This document shows, in pieces, positions 23,566-28,592 of a stretch of 28,592 nt of DNA (position 1 is its first letter; every line of letters begins with the position of its first letter). The position numbers were made by a program, and so were the translations under genes. The stretch lies in contig DATBMX010000456.1 in the NCBI GenBank assembly GCA_036554625.1, positions 1 to 28,592 of the forward strand, given 5' to 3'. This stretch comes from Aestuariivirgaceae bacterium (GTDB lineage Bacteria > Pseudomonadota > Alphaproteobacteria > Rhizobiales > Aestuariivirgaceae). The notes under the pieces were generated by a model. That model was given only the letters and a program-made list of their open reading frames with translations, ran no database searches and had not been told where the DNA came from.

Positions 23566-26382
23566 CTAGTTTCGCGCATGACCGCTTCTCGCCTTGAGCG
23601 GTGGAAACTGCGGCAGTGTCAGTCCCTGCTCTGCCTCCGCCTTCTCCAGCCGAACTTTCACATCATACCAGGCAGCCTGGCCGGTGATCGGATCCGAATT
23701 GGAATAGCGATAGCCGCCTTCCCGTTCGGGCAGGAGCTCGCCGATGATGTGGTTGAGCAGAAATCCCTGGCGCGCCTCGGGCGCATCGGCCGCAAGCGCC
23801 CATGACCCCGCCCGCTTGCCGATCGCGTTCCACGTCCACAGCGTCCGCGAATTGACTCCGCTCATGCGTTTCACCTGAACCTTGATGCGGCCATGCGGGC
23901 TCATGACCCACACCCAGTCTTCGTCCTCGAGATCGAGCTCATCGGCAAGCCCATGACTGAGATAAAGCCAGTTGCGGGTGATGATCTGGCGCAGCCAGGC
24001 GTTCTGGGCGTGCCAGGAGTGATACATGATCATGGGCCTCTGTGTTACCGCATGGAGCGGAAACTCGGCCGCGCTCGTGAGCTCTTGCTCGAGAGGCTCA
24101 TGCCAATAGGGTATGGGATCGAAGTATTTGGCGATGCGCGCGCGATGGCGTTCGGGCGGCAGATGCGTGCCGAGGCCCTCGCCCGCCAGGCGAAACTTCT
24201 GCAGAATCTCGCTGTAGAGCTGGGTGATGATCGGTCGCGCATTGGGAAGAAAGCCGAAGCCCGTCGCCCATTCCAGATAGTCGCGATTGGCGAACCGATA
24301 AAAGCGCATGTGAGGGGGCAGCTCCTCTCGCCAATGACAGCCATTGGCGATGTAGCGCTCGAGCTGGCGGGGATTTGGTTCGCCCTTGCCCGTGCTGCCG
24401 CCGTCACTGCCTCGCCAGCCTGCAAGCGGGCCCACGCCGGGGGCGCGCTCGTGATTGACGATGTAATCCGCATAGCCGCCGGGATAGCGCGGCTTGCCGT
24501 CGGCCGTCGTCATGCCGGGAAGCCCCAGCCTTGCTCCGAGATCGAGAAGCACCGACTGGAAAGGACGGACATCGCGGTCAGGCTCCGCGACCGGCTGTCT
24601 TATGGCGTCGGCAGGCGCATCGGCGTCCGAAATTGGCCGATCGAGCAGCGAGATGCAGTCCCAGCGTTCGAGATAGGTCGTGTCCGGGAGGACCAGGTCG
24701 GCATAGGCCACCATTTCGGACATGTAGCTGTCGGCATAGATGATCTTGGGGATGACGTATTCGCCCGTCTCATGATCGCGGGCGGTGAGCCCAGCAAGCG
24801 TGTCTGGAACGTTCATCGCCGAATTCCAGCTCATATTGGCCATGTAAAGAAAGAGCACATCGATGGCATAAGGGTCGCGTTTGGCGGCGTTGGCGATAAC
24901 CGTATGAATCAGACCGTGCGCAGCGAGCGGCGCTTCCCACGAATAGGCCTTGTCGATGCGACAGGGATTGCCGTTGGCATCCACGAGCAGATCCTCAGGT
25001 CCGGTGACGAAGCCAAGGGGCGGGCCGGCGAGCGGCGTGTTGGGACCCACGTGTCCAGGCTTGCCGGCAGGCCGGATCGCCGGCGGAATGGGGCGCGGGA
25101 AAGGGGGCTTGTGGCGGAAGCCGCCCGGCACGTCGATCGAGCCGAGCAGCGTCTGCAGTAGATGCAGAAGCCGGCAGGTGTGAAAACCGTTGGAATGAGC
25201 GGAGATGCCGCGCATGGCATGCATGGAAACTGGCCGTCCCACGGTCTTGTGGTGACGGTGCCCCGCCCAATCGGTCCAGGGAACGTCGAGCACGATTTCT
25301 TGCCGGAAGGCGGCGTCGGCAAGCTCGGCCGCGATGCGGCTGATGGCTTGGGCGTCAATGCCGCAACGCGGCGCAACGGTGCTCGGAGCATATTGCTCGT
25401 TGAGAAAGCGGCGCGCGAGAAGCTCGAAGACGGGCCGCGCCGCCCGCCCGTCATCAAGGATGACCTCGCCCGTTGCGCGCGGCGAAATGCCGGCCTCGGT
25501 CGCATCGACAACGGAATTCTTGAGCTTGTCGAAGGCAAGCGGATTGCCGCTCTCATTGCGCGCAAAGAGGCCGTTGCCAAGCGCGCCTGGCGCGTCGATG
25601 ACGAGCCACGGCGCATTGGTGTAGCGCAGAAGATAGTCGAGATCGATCGCATCCGCCTTCATGAGTTCATGGATGAGGCTTGCAACGAACAGCCCATCCG
25701 TGCCGGGCGTTATTCCCAGCCATTCATCGGCAATGGCCGAGTAGCCGGTCTTGACGGGATTGATGGAGACGATCTTCACCCCCCGCTTCTTGAGCTGCGA
25801 AAGGCCGATCTTGATCGGGTTGGATGCATGGTCCTCCGCCACGCCGAACAGCATGAAATATTTGGTGCGCGACCAGTCCGGCTCGCCGAACTCCCAGAAT
25901 GAGCCGCCAATGGTGTAGAGCCCGGCGGCGGCCATGTTCACGGAGCAGAAGCCGCCATGCGCGGCGTAATTGGGCGTTCCATATTGCGAGGCCCACCAGC
26001 CGGTCAGCGCTTGCGATTGATCGCGGCCCGTGTAGAAGGCGAGCTTCTTCGGATCGGAATTGCGCGTCTCGGAAAGCCAGAGGGTGGCCGTGCGCAGAGC
26101 CTCCTCCCACTCGACTGCGCGGAATTCGCCCGAGCCGCGCGGGCCCACTCTGATCAGAGGCTTCGTCAGCCGCGCGGGTGAGCGATGCTGCATGATGCCG
26201 GCAGCTCCCTTCCCGCAGATGACGCCCCGGTTCACGGGATGGTCGCGGTTGCCCTCGATGTAGGTCACCGTCCCGTCCTTGAGATAGACCTTTATCCCGC
26301 AGCGGCAGGAGCACATGTAGCAGGTGGTCGTCCGGGTCTCGTCCCAGCTTTTGGGCGAGGTATCGATGACAGGCTCAGCCAT
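23566..26382 (-). CDS. soeA: Molybdopterin catalytic subunit of cytoplasm-facing sulfite dehydrogenase
   Basis: TTCYMCSCRCG...CGKG, HGGFCSVNMAAAG, AHAMRGISAH-like SMHAMRGISAHSNG and MYHSW; no Tat signal. Start trimmed to MAEPVIDT (26382). Confidence 0.92.
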   Translation of the reverse strand: MAEPVIDTSPKSWDETRTTTCYMCSCRCGIKVYLKDGTVTYIEGNRDHPVNRGVICGKGAAGIMQHRSPARLTKPLIRVGPRGSGEFRAVEWEEALRTATLWLSETRNSDPKKLAFYTGRDQSQALTGWWASQYGTPNYAAHGGFCSVNMAAAGLYTIGGSFWEFGEPDWSRTKYFMLFGVAEDHASNPIKIGLSQLKKRGVKIVSINPVKTGYSAIADEWLGITPGTDGLFVASLIHELMKADAIDLDYLLRYTNAPWLVIDAPGALGNGLFARNESGNPLAFDKLKNSVVDATEAGISPRATGEVILDDGRAARPVFELLARRFLNEQYAPSTVAPRCGIDAQAISRIAAELADAAFRQEIVLDVPWTDWAGHRHHKTVGRPVSMHAMRGISAHSNGFHTCRLLHLLQTLLGSIDVPGGFRHKPPFPRPIPPAIRPAGKPGHVGPNTPLAGPPLGFVTGPEDLLVDANGNPCRIDKAYSWEAPLAAHGLIHTVIANAAKRDPYAIDVLFLYMANMSWNSAMNVPDTLAGLTARDHETGEYVIPKIIYADSYMSEMVAYADLVLPDTTYLERWDCISLLDRPISDADAPADAIRQPVAEPDRDVRPFQSVLLDLGARLGLPGMTTADGKPRYPGGYADYIVNHERAPGVGPLAGWRGSDGGSTGKGEPNPRQLERYIANGCHWREELPPHMRFYRFANRDYLEWATGFGFLPNARPIITQLYSEILQKFRLAGEGLGTHLPPERHRARIAKYFDPIPYWHEPLEQELTSAAEFPLHAVTQRPMIMYHSWHAQNAWLRQIITRNWLYLSHGLADELDLEDEDWVWVMSPHGRIKVQVKRMSGVNSRTLWTWNAIGKRAGSWALAADAPEARQGFLLNHIIGELLPEREGGYRYSNSDPITGQAAWYDVKVRLEKAEAEQGLTLPQFPPLKARSGHARN

Positions 26383-26424
26383 GAGAGCGGGGTTTTCCCT
26401 TTTTCTGCGGGGATGATTGGGCCT

Positions 26425-26460
26425 ATCATAGTGCCAGAAACAGCCCATCGGAAGATCCAG
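26425..26460 (-). promoter_or_regulatory. soeA promoter with two TauR-like direct repeats
   Basis: Minus strand CTGGATCTTC (26460-26451) and CTGGCACTAT (26437-26428), 23-bp period. TTCCGA-N17-TATGAT promoter overlaps them. Confidence 0.55.
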
Positions 26461-26473
26461 AGAGGGTCAGACC

Positions 26474-28009
26474 ATGCGCGACTGGCTGGTGCACATCAGA
26501 AAAACGGATGCAAGCCTGCAGGCGCAGATTCGCGAAGCGCTCGTCTCGGCCATCCTCGACGGGCAGCTTGCGCGCGACGAAGCCATTCCCTCGACGCGGC
26601 GGATGGCGAAGCAGCTCGGCGTCTCGCGCAACACGGTCGTTCTCGCCTATCAGGGGCTGCTCGATGATGGTTATCTCATCGCCAGGGAGCGCTCGGGTTA
26701 TTATGTGAGCGAAAAGGCGCTCGATGCGTCGCCGCAGATCAGCCTGCCCCTGCCCAAGCCGAGGCTCGCGCCGGTGAAGAAAGCCGCCGGCCACTCGCAA
26801 GACTGGAGCGACCGGCTGGTGATCGACCCCGCCCGGCAGGAGAATATCTCCAAGCCCCTCGACTGGATGAGCTACCAATATCCGTTCATCTATGGCCAGG
26901 TGGATCACAAGCTGTTCCCCATCGCCGAATGGCGCGATTGCGCACGTCAGGCCTTAGGCCGGCGCTGGTTCGGCGCATGGACCAATGACACCTGGGCCTA
27001 CGACGATCCCCTTCTGGTCGAACAGATTCGACGGCGCATCCTGCCGCGGCGAGGCATCATGGCGTCGGACTCGCAGGTGCTCATCACCCTTGGCGCGCAG
27101 AATGCGCTGTATCTGCTCGTCGCACTGCTCATGCGCAGAACGACGGCGGCCGTGATGGAGGACCCGGGATTTCCCGACATGCGCAATCTGTTCTCGCTCA
27201 CGACCGACCAGCTGTCGCTTGTGCCGGTCGACGAGCGCGGCCTCGATCCCGCGTTGCTCCCGAAACGCTCGGATGTCGTTTTCGTGACGCCGAGCCACCA
27301 GTTTCCCACGACCGCCACCATGCCCCTCGAGCGGCGCATGGAGCTTCTCAGGCTGGCGAGCGAGCGAGACTTCATCATCATCGAGGACGATTACGAATTC
27401 GAGACGAATTATGTCAACGAGCCCTGCCCCGCGCTCAAATCCCTCGATGACGAGGGGCGGGTGATCTATGTCGGGTCGCTTTCGAAAACCTTCTTCCCCG
27501 GTCTCCGACTTGGGTTTCTCGTCGGACCGGAAAAGCTCGTTGAGCAGGCACGCGCCTTGCGGCGCCTCATGGTGCGCCACGCGCCCAACAACAATCAACG
27601 CACGGCGGCGCTTTTTTTGTCGCTTGGTCATCATGACATGCTCATCCGCCGCTTGCACCGGGCCTATCGCGCCCGCTGGGAGATCATGGGCTTGGCCCTG
27701 CAAAAACATCTGCCCAAATCGACGACCATTCCGAGTTTCGGCGGCACGAGCTTCTGGGTAAAAGGCCCCGACTGGCTCGACAGCGAGGCTTTGGCGCGCG
27801 ACTGCGCCGCGAAAAGCCTGTTTATCGAGCCGGGACGCATCTATTTCGGCGGTGCGGACCAGCCGCGCAACTGCTTCCGCCTCGGTTTCTCCTCGATCGA
27901 CGAAAAGAAGATCGAACCCGGCGTCAAGCTCCTGGCGGAGGCAATCGCCGACGCGGATCGACCTCAGGAGGCAGCACCGCTCAAGACGGCACGGGCTTCG
28001 ATGATCTGA
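26474..28009 (+). CDS. tauR: MocR/GabR-family regulator (GntR HTH + PLP aminotransferase domain), TauR-like
   Basis: PSTRRMAKQLGVSRNTVVLAYQGLLDDGY, VTPSHQFPT, IIEDDY and SLSKTFFPGLRLG. Divergent from soeABC. Confidence 0.85.
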   Translation: MRDWLVHIRKTDASLQAQIREALVSAILDGQLARDEAIPSTRRMAKQLGVSRNTVVLAYQGLLDDGYLIARERSGYYVSEKALDASPQISLPLPKPRLAPVKKAAGHSQDWSDRLVIDPARQENISKPLDWMSYQYPFIYGQVDHKLFPIAEWRDCARQALGRRWFGAWTNDTWAYDDPLLVEQIRRRILPRRGIMASDSQVLITLGAQNALYLLVALLMRRTTAAVMEDPGFPDMRNLFSLTTDQLSLVPVDERGLDPALLPKRSDVVFVTPSHQFPTTATMPLERRMELLRLASERDFIIIEDDYEFETNYVNEPCPALKSLDDEGRVIYVGSLSKTFFPGLRLGFLVGPEKLVEQARALRRLMVRHAPNNNQRTAALFLSLGHHDMLIRRLHRAYRARWEIMGLALQKHLPKSTTIPSFGGTSFWVKGPDWLDSEALARDCAAKSLFIEPGRIYFGGADQPRNCFRLGFSSIDEKKIEPGVKLLAEAIADADRPQEAAPLKTARASMI

Positions 28010-28081
28010 GGTCGAGGAGGAACGCTCGCTGAGGCTGCCGGCGCCGCTTGGCACAAAATGACAGTAACGTGAAAAAAGTCC

Positions 28082-28110
28082 TTGACAGCGTGACGCTGCA
28101 AAGGCATGTT
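28082..28110 (+). promoter_or_regulatory. sigma70-like promoter upstream of the DMT gene
   Basis: TTGACA-N17-CATGTT, with an A-rich tract upstream. Confidence 0.45.
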
Positions 28111-28233
28111 CCCGCCACGCTCCACAAGTGGGCGGGCAATCAGACAGTGAAGTGAATTGCAGATGGCCGGGTCTTCGCCAAGTCACGCGGGCGGAACAGC
28201 TGCGTCATCGCCGGAATCGATCCAATCAGCCTC

Positions 28234-28592
28234 ATGAAAGCGAATGCTGCAGCCGACAATCGCCTGGCCGGCGTGTTGAACCTCTGCGCCGGCGTGGCCA
28301 TCGCATCGACGCTCGATGCCCTGACCAAATATCTATCCGGCACCTACCCGGTGCATGAGGTGATGGTGGTCCGGTGTCTCGCGAGTCTTCCCTTCTTCGT
28401 CGTCATGATGGCCTATGAGCGCAGCTTTGGCGGACTCATTCCCAAGCATTTCGCTTGGGTGACCTTGCGCGGCGTCATCCTGGCATCCGCCAATCTCAGC
28501 TTTAATCTCGCGATCGCCGCCATTCCGATTGCGGATGCGGTGGCCATCTATTTCACGATGCCGTTTTTCGTCGCAGCCCTGGTGGCGCCCAT
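28234..28592 (+). CDS. DMT/EamA-family transporter, 5' part (runs off the right edge)
   Basis: Not in the ORF track. MKANAAADNRLAGVLNLCAGVAIASTLDALTKYLSGTYPVHEVMVVRCL...IPIADAVAIYFTMPFFVAAL is a typical EamA repeat. Confidence 0.88.
   Translation, partial: MKANAAADNRLAGVLNLCAGVAIASTLDALTKYLSGTYPVHEVMVVRCLASLPFFVVMMAYERSFGGLIPKHFAWVTLRGVILASANLSFNLAIAAIPIADAVAIYFTMPFFVAALVAP

Noticed and set aside
26383-26448. Upstream extension of soeA as a Tat signal
   Set aside because: No S/T-R-R-x-F-L motif or hydrophobic core, and it overlaps the predicted promoter.
28048-28063. sigma54 promoter (TGGCAC)
   Set aside because: The -12 TTGC element is absent at the required spacing.

Overview
A 28.6 kb window from a high-GC alphaproteobacterium (probably Hyphomicrobiales; inferred from gene families, REP style and promoter motifs). 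From left to right it holds: the 5' end of a fatty acyl-AMP ligase; fatty acid hydroxylase, AbrB, TerC and ChaC genes; a coupled ACP / NodE-like ketosynthase / two hot-dog dehydratase subunits / SDR operon plus a DUF4153 gene, bracketed by two inverted ~79 bp REP-type elements; and a split methionine synthase cluster (bmt ... corrinoid protein - DUF1638 - class IV aminotransferase). That cluster is interrupted by an ~8.3 kb general-stress block (YciF-like, EF-hand/PRC-barrel protein, ligD, ku, DUF3008, stress SDR, small membrane proteins, lytic transglycosylase, Gly/Tyr/Arg-rich protein). Then come soeABC, divergent from a TauR-like MocR regulator, and the start of a DMT transporter. Eight GGAAC-N16/17-CGTT (EcfG/sigmaT-type) promoters are readable by eye, seven of them in the stress block. 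One drives a 34-aa membrane smORF missing from the ORF track. A perfect 24-bp palindrome covers the bmt promoter. No tRNA, rRNA, CRISPR, integrase or transposase was seen. All assignments come from motif reading and recall; no searches were run.
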